This document shows positions 15,401 to 31,534 of a DNA stretch of 64,000 nucleotides, in pieces. The notes below the pieces were generated by a model. It had not been told where the DNA came from. It saw only the letters and a program-made list of their open reading frames with translations, and searched no databases. Origin of the DNA: Eledone cirrhosa (taxonomy: Eukaryota); assembly GCA_964016885.1 (NCBI GenBank), contig OZ024741.1:115754001-115818000 (forward strand). The letters run 5' to 3'. Both the position numbers and the translations under genes were made by a program. How positions within the stretch are numbered: position 1 is the stretch's first letter; every line of letters starts with the position of its first letter.

Positions 15401-17280
15401 TGAAAGATTTTGTTGAGGTGGGGGTTACATTTGTCATAGAATATAGATATAACCCTGATTGAAAGATTTTGCTGAGGTGGGGGTTACATTTGTCATAGAA
15501 TATAGATATAACTCTGATAGAAAGTTGTTCTTGGGGTAGGGGTTACATTTGACATAGAATATACATATAATTCTGACTGAAAGATGTTCTTGAGGTGGGG
15601 GTTACATTTGTCGTAGAATATAGATATAACTCTGAGTGAAAGATGTTCTTGAGGTGGGGGTTACATTTGTCATAGAATATAGATATAACTCTGATAGAAA
15701 GATGTACTTGAGGTGGGGGTTACATTTGTCATAGAATATAGATATAACTCTGTTTGAAAGATGTTCTTGAGGTGGGGGTTACATTTGTCATAGAATATAG
15801 ATATAACTCTGATAGAAAGATGTTCTTGGGGTAGGGGTTACATTTGTCATAGAATATACATATAATCCTGACTGAAAGATGTTCTTGATGTGGGGGTTAC
15901 ATTTGTCATAGAATATAGATATAACTCTGACGGAAAGATGTTCTTGAGGTGGGGGTTACATTTGTCATAGAATATAGATATAACTCTGAGTGAAAGATGT
16001 TCTTGAGGTGGGGGTTACATTTGTCATAGAATATAGATACAACTCTGATAGAAACATGTTCTTGGGTTAGGGGTTACATTTGTCATAGAATATACATATA
16101 ATTCTGACTGAAAGATGTTCTTGAGGTGGGGGTTACATTTGTCATAGAACATAGATATAACTCTGATAGAAAGATGTTCTTGGGGTAGGGGTTACATTTG
16201 TCATAGAATATATATATAACTCTGTTTGAAAGATGTTCTTGAGGTGGGGGTTACATTTGTCATAGAATATAGATATAACTCTGACTGATCGATATTAATG
16301 AGGTAGGGGATACAATTGTCATAGAATATAGATATAACTCTGATCGAAAGATATACTTGATGTGGGGGTTACATTTGTCATAGAATATAGATATAACTCA
16401 GATTGAAAGATGTTCTTGAGGTGGGGGTTACATTTGTCATAGAATATAGATATAACTCTGATTGAAAGATGTTCTTGAGGTGGGGGTTACAATTGTCATA
16501 GAATATAGATATAACTCTGATTGAAAGATGTTCTTGAGGTAGGGGTTACATTTGTCATAGAATATAGATATAACTCTGATAGAAAGATGTTCTTGGGGTA
16601 GGGGTTACATTTGTCATAGAATATACATATAATTCTGACTGAAAGATGTTCTTGAGGTGGGGGTTACATTTGTCATAGAATATAGATATAACTCTGAGTG
16701 AAAGATGTTCTTGAGGTGGGGGTTACATTTGTCATAGAATATAGATATAACTCTGATAGAAAGATGTTCTTGGAGTAGGGGTTACATTTGTCATAGAATA
16801 TACATATAATTCTGACTGAAAGATGTTCTTGAGGTGGGGGTTACATTTGTCATAGAAAATAGATATAACTCTGACTGAAAGATGTTCTTGAGGTGGGGGT
16901 TACATTTGTCATAGAATATAGATATAACTCTGACTGAAAGATGTTCTTGAGGTGGGGGTTACATTTGTCATAGAATATAGATATAACTCTGATAGAAAGT
17001 TGTTCTTGGGGTAGGGGTTACAGTTGTCATAGAATATAGATATAACTCTGATTGAAAGATTTTGTTGAGGTGGATGTTACATTTGTCATAGAATAGAGAT
17101 ATAACACTGATTGAAAGATTTTGTTGAGGTTGGGGTTACATTTGTCATAGAATATAGATATAACCCTGATTGAAAGATTTTGTTGAGGTGGGGGTTACAT
17201 TTGTCATAGAATATAGATATAACCCTGATTGAAAGATTTTGCTGAGGTGGGGGTTACATTTGTCATAGAATATATATATA
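12480..17280. repeat. Imperfect triplication of a 27-31-monomer block with whole-monomer gains and losses
   Basis: ACTGATCGATATTAATG is at 12863, 14691 and 16284 (spacings 1828, 1593). CAGTTGTCAT is at 13599, 15251 and 17021 (spacings 1652, 1770). All spacings are multiples of 59 within 1 bp. Confidence 0.75.
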
Positions 17281-17996
17281 ACTCTGTTTGAAAGATGTTC
17301 TTGAGGTGGGGGATACATTTGTCATAGAATATAGATATAACTCTGACTGAAAGATATTAAAGAGGTAGGGGTTACAATTGTCATAGAATATAGATATAAC
17401 TCTGATCGAAAGATATACTTGATGTGGGGGTTACATTTGTCATAGAATATAGATATAACTCAGATTGAAAGATGTTCTTGAGGTGAGGGTTACATTTGTC
17501 ATAGAATATATATAAAACTCTCATTGAAAGATGTTCTTGAGTTGGGGTTACATTTGTCATAGGATATATATATAACCCTGATGGAAAGATGTTCTTGAGG
17601 TGGGGGTTACATTTGTCATAGAATATAGATATAACTCTGTTTGAAAGATGTTCTTGTGGTAGGGGTTACATTTGTCATAGAATATAGATATATCTCTGAA
17701 TGAAAGATGTTCTCGAGGTAGGGGTTACATTTGTCATAGAATATACATATAATTCTGACTGAAAGATGTTCTTGAGGTGGGGGTTACATTTGTCATAGAA
17801 AATAGATATAACTCTGACTGAAAGATGTTCTTGAGGTGGGGGTTACATTTGTCATAGAATATAGATATAACTCTGACTGAAAGATGTTCTTGAGGTGGGG
17901 GTTACATTTGTCATAGAATATAGATATAACTCTGATAGAAAGTTGTTCTTGGGGTAGGGGTTACAGTTGTCATAGAATATAGATATAACTCTGATT

Positions 17997-20900
17997 GAAA
18001 GATTTTGTTGAGGTGGATGTTACATTTGTCATAGAATAGAGATATAACACTGATTGAAAGATTTTGTTGAGGTTGGGGTTACATTTGTCATAGAATATAG
18101 ATATAACCCTGATTGAAAGATTTTGTTGAGGTGGGGGTTACATTTGTCATAGAATATAGATATAACCCTGATTGAAAGATTTTGCTGAGGTGGGGGTTAC
18201 ATTTGTCATAGAATATATATATAACTCTGTTTGAAAGATGTTCTTGAGGTGGGGGTTACATTTGTCATAGAATATAGATATAACTCTGACTGAAAGATAT
18301 TAAAGAGGTAGGGGTTACAATTGTCATAGAATATAGATATAACTCTGATCGAAAGATATACTTGATGTGGGGGTTACATTTGTCATAGAATATAGATATA
18401 ACTCAGATTGAAAGATGTTCTTGAGGTGAGGGTTACATTTGTCATAGAATATATATAAAACTCTCATTGAAAGATGTTCTTGAGTTGGGGTTACATTTGT
18501 CATAGGATATATATATAACCCTGATGGAAAGATGTTCTTGAGGTGGGGGTTACATTTGTCATAGAATATAGATATAACTCTGTTTGAAAGATGTTCTTGT
18601 GGTAGGGGTTACATTTGTCATAGAATATAGATATATCTCTGAATGAAAGATGTTCTCGAGGTAGGGGTTACATTTGTCATAGAATATAGACATAACCCTG
18701 ATCGAAAGATGTTCTTGAGGTGCGGGTTACATTTGTCATAGAATATAGATATAACTCTGAGTGAAAGATGTGCTTGAGGTAGGGGTGGTTACATTTGTCA
18801 TAGAATATAGATATAACTCTGATTGAAAGATGTACTTGAAGTAGGGGTTACATTTGTCATAGCATATAGATATAACTCTGATTGAAAGATGTTCTTGAGG
18901 TGGGGGTTACATTTGTCATAGAATATACATATAATTCTGACTGAAAAATGTTCTTGAGGTGGGGGTTACATTTGTCATAGAATATAGTTATAACTCTGAG
19001 TGAAAGATGTTCTTGAGGTGGGGGTTACATTTGTCATAGAATATAGATATAACTCTGATAGAAAGATGTTCTTGGGGTAGGGGTTACATTTGTCATAGAA
19101 TATACATATAATTCTGACTGAAAGATGTTCTTGAGGTGGGGATTACATTTGTCATAGAATATAGATATAACTCTGAGTGAAAGATGTTCTTGAGGTGGGG
19201 GTTACATTTGTCATAGAATATAGATACAACTCTGATAGAAACATGTTCTTGGGGTAGGGGTTACATTTGTCATAGAATATACATATAATTCTGACTGAAA
19301 GATGTTCTTGAGGTGGGGGTTACATTTGTCATAGAACATAGATATAACTCTGACTGAAAGATGTTCTTGAGGTGGGGGTTACATTTGTCATAGAATATAG
19401 ATATATCTCTGATAGAAAGATGTTCTTGGGGTAGGGGTTACATTTGTCATAGAATATAGATATAACTCTGATAGAAAGGTGTTCTTGGGGTAGGGGTTAC
19501 ATTTGTCATAGAATATATATATAACTCTGTTTGAAAGATGTTCTTGAGGTGGGGGTTACATTTGTCATAGAATATAGATATAACTCTGACTGATAGATAT
19601 TAATGAGGTAGGGGTTACAATTGTCATAGAATATAGATATAACTCTGATCGAAAGATATACTTGATGTGGGGGTTACATTTGTCATAGAATATAGATATA
19701 ACTCAGATTGAAAGATGTTCTTGAGGTGGGGGTTACATTTGTCATAGAATATAGATATAACTCTGATTGAAAGATGTTCTTGAGGTGGGGGTTACAATTG
19801 TCATAGAATATAGATATAACTCTGATTGAAAGATGTTCTTGAGGTAGGGGTTACATTTGTCATAGAATATAGATATAACTCTGATAGAAAGATTTTGTTG
19901 AGGTGGATGTTACATTTGTCATAGAATAGAGATATAACACTGATTGAAAGATTTTGTTGAGGTTGGGGTTACATTTGTCATAGAATATAGATATAACCCT
20001 GATTGAAAGATTTTGTTGAGGTGGGGGTTACATTTGTCATAGAATATAGATATAACCCTGATTGAAAGATTTTGCTGAGGTGGGGGTTACATTTGTCATA
20101 GAATATATATATAACTCTGTTTGAAAGATGTTCTTGAGGTGGGGGTTACATTTGTCATAGAATATAGATATAACTCTGACTGAAAGATATTAAAGAGGTA
20201 GGGGTTACAATTGTCATAGAATATAGATATAACTCTGATCGAAAGATATACTTGATGTGGGGGTTACATTTGTCATAGAATATAGATATAACTCAGATTG
20301 AAAGATGTTCTTGAGGTGAGGGTTACATTTGTCATAGAATATATATAAAACTCTCATTGAAAGATGTTCTTGAGTTGGGGTTACATTTGTCATAGGATAT
20401 ATATATAACCCTGATGGAAAGATGTTCTTGAGGTGGGGGTTACATTTGTCATAGAATATAGATATAACTCTGTTTGAAAGATGTTCTTGTGGTAGGGGTT
20501 ACATTTGTCATAGAATATAGATATATCTCTGAATGAAAGATGTTCTCGAGGTAGGGGTTACATTTGTCATAGAATATAGACATAACCCTGATCGAAAGAT
20601 GTTCTTGAGGTGCGGGTTACATTTGTCATAGAATATAGATATAACTCTGAGTGAAAGATGTGCTTGAGGTAGGGGTGGTTACATTTGTCATAGAATATAG
20701 ATATAACTCTGATTGAAAGATGTACTTGAAGTAGGGGTTACATTTGTCATAGCATATAGATATAACTCTGATTGAAAGATGTTCTTGAGGTGGGGGTTAC
20801 ATTTGTCATAGAATATACATATAATTCTGACTGAAAAATGTTCTTGAGGTGGGGGTTACATTTGTCATAGAATATAGTTATAACTCTGAGTGAAAGATGT

Positions 20901-21783
20901 TCTTGAGGTGGGGGTTACATTTGTCATAGAATATAGATATAACTCTGATAGAAAGATGTTCTTGGGGTAGGGGTTACATTTGTCATAGAATATACATATA
21001 ATTCTGACTGAAAGATGTTCTTGAGGTGGGGATTACATTTGTCATAGAATATAGATATAACTCTGAGTGAAAGATGTTCTTGAGGTGGGGGTTACATTTG
21101 TCATAGAATATAGATACAACTCTGATAGAAACATGTTCTTGGGGTAGGGGTTACATTTGTCATAGAATATACATATAATTCTGACTGAAAGATGTTCTTG
21201 AGGTGGGGGTTACATTTGTCATAGAACATAGATATAACTCTGACTGAAAGATGTTCTTGAGGTGGGGGTTACATTTGTCATAGAATATAGATATATCTCT
21301 GATAGAAAGATGTTCTTGGGGTAGGGGTTACATTTGTCATAGAATATAGATATAACTCTGATAGAAAGGTGTTCTTGGGGTAGGGGTTACATTTGTCATA
21401 GAATATATATATAACTCTGTTTGAAAGATGTTCTTGAGGTGGGGGTTACATTTGTCATAGAATATAGATATAACTCTGACTGATAGATATTAATGAGGTA
21501 GGGGTTACAATTGTCATAGAATATAGATATAACTCTGATCGAAAGATATACTTGATGTGGGGGTTACATTTGTCATAGAATATAGATATAACTCAGATTG
21601 AAAGATGTTCTTGAGGTGGGGGTTACATTTGTCATAGAATATAGATATAACTCTGATTGAAAGATGTTCTTGAGGTGGGGGTTACAATTGTCATAGAATA
21701 TAGATATAACTCTGATTGAAAGATGTTCTTGAGGTAGGGGTTACATTTGTCATAGAATATAGATATAACTCTGATAGAAAGAT
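17997..21783. repeat. Apparently identical tandem duplication, 32 monomers (1,890 bp) x2
   Basis: AGGGGTGGTT at 18781/20671, CTCGAG at 18655/20545 and ATAGAAAGGT at 19471/21361 are all 1890 apart. Confidence 0.88.
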
Positions 21784-24700
21784 GTTCTTGGGGTAGGGGT
21801 TACATTTGTCATAGAATATACATATAATTCTGACTGAAAGATGTTCTTGAGGTGGGGGTTACATTTGTCATAGAATATAGATATAACTCTGAGTGAAAGA
21901 TGTTCTTGAGGTGGGGGTTACATTTGTCATAGAATATAGATATAACTCTGACTGAAAGATGTTCTTGAGGTGGGGGTTACATTTGTCATAGAATATAGAT
22001 ATAACTCTGATAGAAAGTTGTTCTTGGGGTAGGGGTTACTTTTGTCATAGAATATAGATATAACTCTGATTGAAAGATGTTCTTGAGGTGGGGGTTACAT
22101 TTGTCATAGAATATATATATAACTCTGATAGAAAGATGTTCTTGAGGTGGGGGTTACATTTGTCATAGAATATAGATATTACCCTGATTGAAAGATGTTC
22201 TGCAGGTGGGGTTACATTTGTCATAGAATATAGATATAACTCAGACTAAAAGATTATCTTGAGGTAGGGGTTACATTTGTTATAGAATATAGATATAACC
22301 CTGATTGAAAGATGTTCTTGAGGTGGGGGTTACATTTGTCATAGAATATAGAAATAACTCTGATTGAAAGATGTTCTTGAGGTTGGGGTTACATTTGTCA
22401 TAGAATATAGATATAACTCTGATTGAAAGATGTTCTTGAGGTGGGGGGTTACATTGTCATAGAATATAGATATAACTCTGATTGAAAGATGTTCTTGAGG
22501 TGGGGGTTACAATTGTCATAGAATATAGATATAACTCTGATTGAAAGATGTTCTTGAGATGGGGGTTACTTTTGTCATAGAATATAGATATAACTAAGAT
22601 TGAAAGATGTTCTTGAGGTGGGGGTTACATTTGTCATAGAATATAGATATAACTCTGATTGAAAGATGTTCTTGAGTTGGGGGTTACAATTGTCATAGAA
22701 TATAGACATAACTCTGATTGAAAGATGTTCTTGAGGTAGGGGTTACATTTGTCATAGAATATAGATATAACTCTGATAGAAAGATGTTCTTGGGGTAGGG
22801 GTTACATTTGTCATAGAATATACATATAATTCTGACTGAAAGATGTTCTTGAGGTGGGGGTTACATTTGTCATAGAATATAGATATAACTCTGACAGAAA
22901 GATGTTCTTGGAGTAGTGGTTACATTTGTCATAGAATATACATATAATTCTGACTGAAAGATGTTCTTGAGGTGGGGGTTACATTTGTCATAGATAATAG
23001 ATATAACTCTGACTGAAAGATGTTCTTGAGGTGGGGGTTACATTTGTCATAGAATATAGATATAACTCTGACTGAAAGATGTTCTTGAGGTGGGGGTTAC
23101 ATTTGTCATAGAATATAGATATAACTCTGATAGAAAGTTGTTCTTGGGGTAGGGGTTACATTTGTCATAGAATATACATATAATTCTGACTGAAAAACAT
23201 TCTTGAGGTGGGGGTTACATTTGTCATAGAATATAGATATAACTCTGATAGAAAGTTGTTCTTGGGGTAGGGGTTACATTTGTCATAGAATATACATATA
23301 ATTCTGACTGAAAGATGTTCTTGAGGTGGGGGTTACATTTGTCATAGAATATAGATAAAACTCTGAGTGAAAGATGTTCTTGAGGTGGGGGTTACATTTG
23401 TCATAGAATATAGATATAACTCTGATAGAAAGATGTACTTGAGGTGGGGGTTACATTTGTCATAGAATATAGATATAACTCTGTTTGAAAGATGTTCTTG
23501 AGGTGGGGGTTACATTTGTCATAGAATATAGATATAACTCCGATAGAAAGATGTTCTTGGGGTAGGGGTTACATTTGTCATAGAATATACATATAATTCT
23601 GACTGAAAGATGTTCTTGAGGTGGGGGTTACATTTGTCATAGAATATAGATATAACTCTGACTGAAAGATGTTCTTGAGGTGGGGGTTACATTTGTCATA
23701 GAATATAGTTATAACTCTGTCTGAAAGATGTTCTTGAGGTGGGGGTTAAATTTGTCATAGAATATAGATATAACTCTGATAGAAAGATGTTCTTGGGGTA
23801 GGGGTTACATTTGTCATAGAATATATATATAACTCTGTTTGAAAGATGTTCTTGAGGCGGGGGTTACATTTGTCAGAGAATATAGATATAACTCTGACTG
23901 ATAGATATTAATGAGGTAGGGGTTACAATTGTCATAGAATATAGATATAACTCTGATCGAAAGATATACTTGATGTGGGGGTTACATTTGTCATAGAATA
24001 TAGATATAACTCAGATTGAAAGATGTTCTTGAGGTGAGGGTTACATTTGTCATAGAATATAGATATAACTCTGATTGAAAGATGTTCTTGAGTTGGGGTT
24101 ACATTTGTCATAGGATATAGATATAACCCTGATGGAAAGATGTTCTTGAGGTGGGGGTTACATTTGTCATAGAATATAGATATAACTCTGATTGAAAGAT
24201 TTTGTTGAGGTAGGGGTTACATTTGTCATAGAATATAGATATAACTCTGTTTGAAAGATGTTCTTGTGGTAGGGGTTACATTTGTCATAGAATATAGATA
24301 TATCTCTGAATGAAAGATGTTGTTGAGGTAGGAGTTACATTTGTCATAGTATATAGACATAACCCTGATCGAAAGATGTTCTTGAGGTGGGGGTTACATT
24401 TGTCATAGAATATAGATATAACTCTGATTGAAAGATTTTGTTGAGGTGGATGTTACATTTGTCATAGAATAGAGATATAACACTGATTGAAAGATTTTGT
24501 TGAGGTGGGGGTTACATTTGTCATAGAATATAGATATAACCCTGATTGAAAGATTTTGTTGAGGTGGGGGTTACATTTGTCATAGAATATAGATATAACC
24601 CTGATTGAAAGATTTTGCTGAGGTGGGGGTTACATTTGTCATAGAATATAGATATAACTCTGATAGAAAGTTGTTCTTGGGGTAGGGGTTACATTTGTCA

Positions 24701-27700
24701 TAGAATATACATATAATTCTGACTGAAAGATGTTCTTGAGGTGGGGGTTACATTTGTCGTAGAATATAGATATAACTCTGAGTGAAAGATGTTCTTGAGG
24801 TGGGGGTTACATTTGTCATAGAATATAGATATAACTCTGATAGAAAGATGTACTTGAGGTGGGGGTTACATTTGTCATAGAATATAGATATAACTCTGAT
24901 AGAAAGATGTTCTTGGGGTAGGGGTTACATTTGTCATAGAATATACATATAATTCTGACTGAAAGATGTTCTTGAGGTGGGGGTTACATTTGTCATAGAA
25001 TATAGATATAACTCTGACTGAAAGATGTTCTTGAGGTGGGGGTTACATTTGTCATAGAATATAGTTATAACTCTGTCTGAAAGATGTTCTGGAGGTGGGG
25101 GTTAAATTTGTCATAGAATATAGATATAACTCTGATAGAAAGATGTTCTTGGTGTAGGGGTTACATTTGTCATAGAATATATATATAACTCTGTTTGAAA
25201 GATGTTCTTGAGGTGGGGGTTACATTTGTCATAGAATATAGATATAACTCTGACTGAAAGATATTAAAGAGGTAGGGGTTACAATTGTCATAGAATATAG
25301 ATATAACTCTGATCGAAAGATATACTTGATGTGGGGGTTACATTTGTCATAGAATATAGATATAACTCAGATTGAAAGATGTTCTTGAGGTGAGGGTTAC
25401 ATTTGTCATAGAATATAGATAAAACTCTCATTGAAAGATGTTCTTGAGTTGGGGTTACATTTGTCATAGGATATATATATAACCCTGATGGAAAGATGTT
25501 CTTGAGGTGGGGGTTACATTTGTCATAGAATATAGATATAACTCTGATTGAAAGATTTTGTTGAGGTAGGGGTTACATTTGTCATAGAATATAGATATAA
25601 CTCTGTTTGAAAGATGTTCTTGTGGTAGGGGTTACATTTGTCATAGAATATAGATATATCTCTGAATGAAAGATGTTCTCGAGGTAGGGGTTACATTTGT
25701 CATAGAATATAGACATAACCCTGATGGAAAGATGTTCTTGAGGTGCGGGTTACATTTGTCATAGAATATAGATATAACTCTGAGTGAAAGATGTGCTTGA
25801 GGTAGGGGGGGTTACATTTGTCATAGAATATAGATATAACTCTGATTGAAAGATGTACTTGAAGTAGGGGTTACATTTGTCATAGCATATAGATATAACT
25901 CTGATTGAAAGATGTTCTTGAGGTGGGGGTTACATTTGTCATAGAATATACATATAATTCTGACTGAAAAATGTTCTTGAGGTGGGGGTTACATTTGTCA
26001 TAGAATATAGTTATAACTCTGAGTGAAAGATGTTCTTGAGGTGGGGGTTACATTTGTCATAGAATATAGATATAACTCTGATAGAAAGATGTTCTTGGGG
26101 TAGGGGTTACATTTGTCATAGAATATACATATAATTCTGACTGAAAGATGTTCTTGAGGTGGGGATTACATTTGTCATAGAATATAGATATAACTCTGAG
26201 TGAAAGATGTTCTTGAGGTGGGGGTTACATTTGTCATATATTATAGATACAACTCTGATAGAAACATGTTCTTGGGGTAGGGTTTACATTTGTCATAGAA
26301 TATACATATAATTCTGACTGAAAGATGTTCTTGAGGTGGGGGTTACATTTGTAATAGAACATAGATATAACTCTGACTGAAAGATGTTCTTGAGGTGGGG
26401 GTTACATTTGTCATAGAATATAGATATAACTCTGATAGAAAGATGTTCTTGGGGTAGGGGTTACATTTGTCATAGAATATAGATATAACTCTGATAGAAA
26501 GTTGTTCTTTGGGTAGGGGTTACATTTGTCATAGAATATACATATAATTCTGACTGAAAGATGTTCTTGAGGTGGGGGTTACATTTGTCATAGAACATAG
26601 ATATAACTCTGACTGAAAGATGTTCTTGAGGTGGGGGTTACATTTGTCATAGAATATAGATATAACTCTGATAGAAAGTTGTTCTTGGGGTAAGGGTTAC
26701 ATTTGTCATAGAATATACATATAATTCTGACTGAAAGATGTTCTTGAGGTGGGGGTTACATTTGTCATAGAATATAGATATAACTCTGACTGAAAGATAT
26801 TATTGAGGTAGGGGTTACAATTGTCATAGAATATAGATATAACTCTGATCGAAAGATTTACTTGAGGTGGGGGTTACATTTGTCATAGAATATAGATATA
26901 ACTCTGATTGAAAGATATACTTGAGGTGAGGGTTACATTTCTCATGGAATATAGACATAACCCTGATCGAAAGATGTTCTTGATGTGGGGGTTACATTTG
27001 TCATAGAATATAGGTATAACTCTTATTGAAATATTATCTTGAGGTAGGGGTAACATTTGTCACAGAATATAGATATAACTCTGAGTGAAAGATGTGCTTG
27101 AGGTAGGGGTTACATTTGTCATAGAATATAGATATAACTCTGATTGAAAGATGTTCTTGAGATGGGGGTTACATTTGTCATAGAATATAGATATATCTCT
27201 GAATGAAATATGTACTTGAAGTAGGGGTTACATTTGTCATAGAATATAGATATAACCCTGATTGAAAGATTTTGTTGAGGTGGGGGTTACATTTGTCATA
27301 GAATATAGATATAACTCTGATTGAAAGATTTTGTTGAGGTGGGGGTTACATTTGTCATAGAATATAGATATAACTCTGATTGAAAGATTTTGTTGAGGTG
27401 GGGGTTACATTTGTCATAGAATATAGATATAACTCTGATTGAAAGATTTTGTTGAGGTGGGGGTTACATTTGTCATAGAATATAGATATAACTCTGATAG
27501 AAAGATGATCTTGAGGTAGGGGTTACATTTGTTATAGAATATAGATATAACTCTGATTGAAAGATGTTCTTGAGGTGGGGGTTACATTTGTCATAGAATA
27601 TAGATATAACTCTGATTGAAAGATGTTCTTGAGGTGGGGGTTGCATTTGTCATAGAATATAGATATAACTCTGATTGAAAGATGTTCTTGACGTGGGGGT

Positions 27701-30700
27701 TACATTTGTCATAGAATATAGATGTAACTCTGATTGAAAGATGTTCTTGGGGTGGGGGTTACATTTGTCATAGAATATAGATATAACTCTGATTGAAAGA
27801 TGTTCTTGAGGTGGGGGTTACATTTGTCATAGAATATATATATAACTCTGATAGAAAGATGTTCTTGAGGTGGGGGTTACATTTGTCATAGAATATAGAT
27901 ATTACCCTGATTGAAAGATGTTCTGCAGGTGGGGTTACATTTGTCATAGAATATAGATATAACTCAGACTAAAAGATTATCTTGAGGTAGGGGTTACATT
28001 TGTTATAGAATATAGATATAACCCTGATTGAAAGATGTTCTTGAGGTGGGGGTTACATTTGTCATAGAATATAGAAATAACTCTGATTGAAAGATGTTCT
28101 TGAGGTTGGGGTTACATTTGTAATAGAATATAGATATAACTCTGATTGAAAGATGTTCTTGAGGTGGGGGTTACATTTGTCATAGAATATAGATATAACT
28201 CTGATTGAAAGATGTTCTTGAGGTGGGGGTTACAATTGTCATAGAATATAGATATAACTCTGATTGAAAGATGTTCTTGAGATGGGGGTTACATTTGTCA
28301 TAGAATATAGATATAACTCTGATAGAAAGATGTTCTTGGGGTAGGGGTTACATTTGTCAAAGAATATACATATAATTCTGACTGAAAGATGTTCTTGAGG
28401 TGGGGGTTACATTTGTCATAGAATATAGATATAACTCTGAGTGAAAGATGTTCTTGAGGTGGGGGTTACATTTGTCATAGAATATAGATATAACTCTGAT
28501 AGAAAGATGATCTTGAGGTAGGGGTTACATTTGTCATAGAATATACATATAATTCTGACTGAAAGATGTTCTTGAGGTGGGGGTTACATTTGTCATAGAA
28601 AATAGATATAACTCTGACTGAAAGATGTTCTTGAGGTGGGGGTTACATTTGTCATAGAATATAGATATAACTCTGACTGAAAGATGTTCTTGAGGTGGGG
28701 GTTATATTTGTCATATAATATAGATATAACTCTGATAGAAAGTTGTTCTTGGGGTAGGGGTTACATTTGTCATAGAATATACATATAATTCTGACTGAAA
28801 GATGTTCTTGAGGTGGGGGTTACATTTGTCATAGAACATAGATATAACTCTGACTGAAAGATGTTCTTGAGGTGGGGGTTACATTTGTCATAGAATATAG
28901 ATATAACTCTGATAGAAAGTTGTTCTTGGGGTAAGGGTTACATTTGTCATAGAATATACATATAATTCTGACTGAAAGATGTTCTTGAGGTGGGGGTTAC
29001 ATTTGTCATAGAATATAGATATAACTCTGACTGAAAGATATTATTGAGGTAGGGGTTACAATTGTCATAGAATATAGATATAACTCTGATCGAAAGATTT
29101 ACTTGAGGTGGGGGTTACATTTGTCATAGAATATAGATATAACTCTGATTGAAAGATGTTCTTGAGGTGAGGGTTACATTTCTCATGGAATATAGACATA
29201 ACCCTGATTGAAAGATGTTCTTGATGTGGGGGTTACATTTGTCATAGAATATAGGTATAACTCTTATTGAAATATTATCTTGAGGTAGGGGTAACATTTG
29301 TCACAGAATATAGATATAACTCTGAGTGAAAGATGTGCTTGAGGTAGGGGTTACAATTGTCATAGAATATAGATATAACTCTGATTGAAAGATGTTCTTG
29401 AGGTAGGGGTTACATTTGTCATAGAATATAGATATAACTCTGATTGAAAGATGTTCTTGAGGTGGGGGTTACATTTGTCATAGAATATAGATATAACTCT
29501 GATTGAAAGATGTTCTTGAGGTGGGGGTTACAATTGTCATAGAATATAGATATAACTCTGAGTGAAAGATGTATTTGAAGTAGGGGTTACATTTGTCATA
29601 GCATATAGATATAACCCTGATTGAAAGATTTTGTTGAGGTAGGGGTTACATTTGTCATAGAATATAGATATAACTCTGTTTGAAAGATGTTCTTGTGGTA
29701 GGGGTTACATTTGTCATAGAATATAGATATATCTCTGAATGAAAGATGTTCTTGAGGTAGGGGTTACATTTGTCATAGAATATAGACATAACCCTGATCG
29801 AAAGATATTCTTGAGGTGGGGGTTACATTTGTCATAGAATATAGATATAACTCTGAGTGAAAGATGTATTTGAAGTAGGGGTTACATTTGTCATAGCATA
29901 TAGATATAACCCTGATTGAAAGATTTTGTTGAGGTGGGGGTTACATTTGTCATAGAATATAGATATAACTCTGATTGAAAGATTTTGTTGAGGTGGATGT
30001 TACATTTGTCATAGAATAGAGATATAACACTGATTGAAAGATTTTGTGGAGGTGGGGGTTACATTTGTCATAGAATATAGATATAACCCTGATTGAAAGA
30101 TTTTGTTGAGGTGGGGGTTACATTTGTCAAAGAATATAGATATAACCCTGATTGAAAGATTTTGCTGAGGTGGGGGTTACATTTGTCATAGAATATAGAT
30201 ATAACTCTGATAGAAAGTTGTTCTTGGGGTAGGGGTTACATTTGTCATAGAATATACATATAATTCTGACTGAAAGATGTTCTTGAGGTGGGGGTTACAT
30301 TTGTCGTAGAATATAGATATAACTCTGAGTGATAGATGTTCTTGAGGTGGGGGTTACATTTGTCATAGAATATAGATATAACTCTGATAGAAAGATGTAC
30401 TTGAGGTGGGGGTTACATTTGTCATAGAATATAGATATAACTCTGTTTGAAAGATGTTCTTGAGGTGGGGGTTACATTTGTCATAGAATATAAATATAAC
30501 TCTGATAGAAAGATGTTCTTGGGGTAGGGGTTACATTTGTCATAGAATATACATATAATTCTGACTGAAAGATGTTCTTGAGGTGGGGGTTACATTTGTC
30601 ATAGAATATAGATATAACTCTGACTGAAAGATGTTCTTGAGGTGGGGGTTACATTTGTCATAGAATATAGTTATAACTCTGTCTGAAAGATGTTCTGGAG

Positions 30701-31534
30701 GTGGGGGTTAAATTTGTCATAGAATATAGATATAACTCTGATAGAAAGATGTTCTTGGGGTAGGGGTTACATTTGTCATAGAATATATATATAACTCTGT
30801 TTGAAAGATGTTCTTGAGGTGGGGGTTACATTTGTCATAGAATATAGATATAACTCTGACTGAAAGATATTAAAGAGGTAGGGGTTACAATTGTCATAGA
30901 ATATAGATATAACTCTGATCGAAAGATATACTTGATGTGGGGGTTACATTTGTCATAGAATATAGATATAACTCAGATTGAAAGATGTTCTTGAGGTGAG
31001 GGTTACATTTGTCATAGAATATAGATAAAACTCTCATTGAAAGATGTTCTTGAGTTGGGGTTACATTTGTCATAGGATATAGATATAACCCTGATGGAAA
31101 GATGTTCTTGAGGTGGGGGTTACATTTGTCATAGAATATAGTTATAACTCTGATTGAAAGATTTTGTTGAGGTAGGGGTTACATTTGTCATAGAATATAG
31201 ATATAACTCTGTTTCAAAGATGTTCTTGTGGTAGGGGTTACATTTGTCATAGAATATAGATATATCTCTGAATGAAAGATGTTCTCGAGGTAGGGGTTAC
31301 ATTTGTCATAGAATATAGACATAACCCGGATCGAAAGATGTTCTTGAGGTGCGGGTTACATTTGTCATAGAATATAGATATAACTCTGAGTGAAAGATGT
31401 GCTTGAGGTAGGGGGGGTTACATTTGTCATAGAATATAGATATAACTCTGATTGAAAGATGTACTTGAAGTAGGGGTTACATTTGTCATAGCATATATAT
31501 ATAACTCTGATTGAAAGATGTGGTTGAGGTAGGG

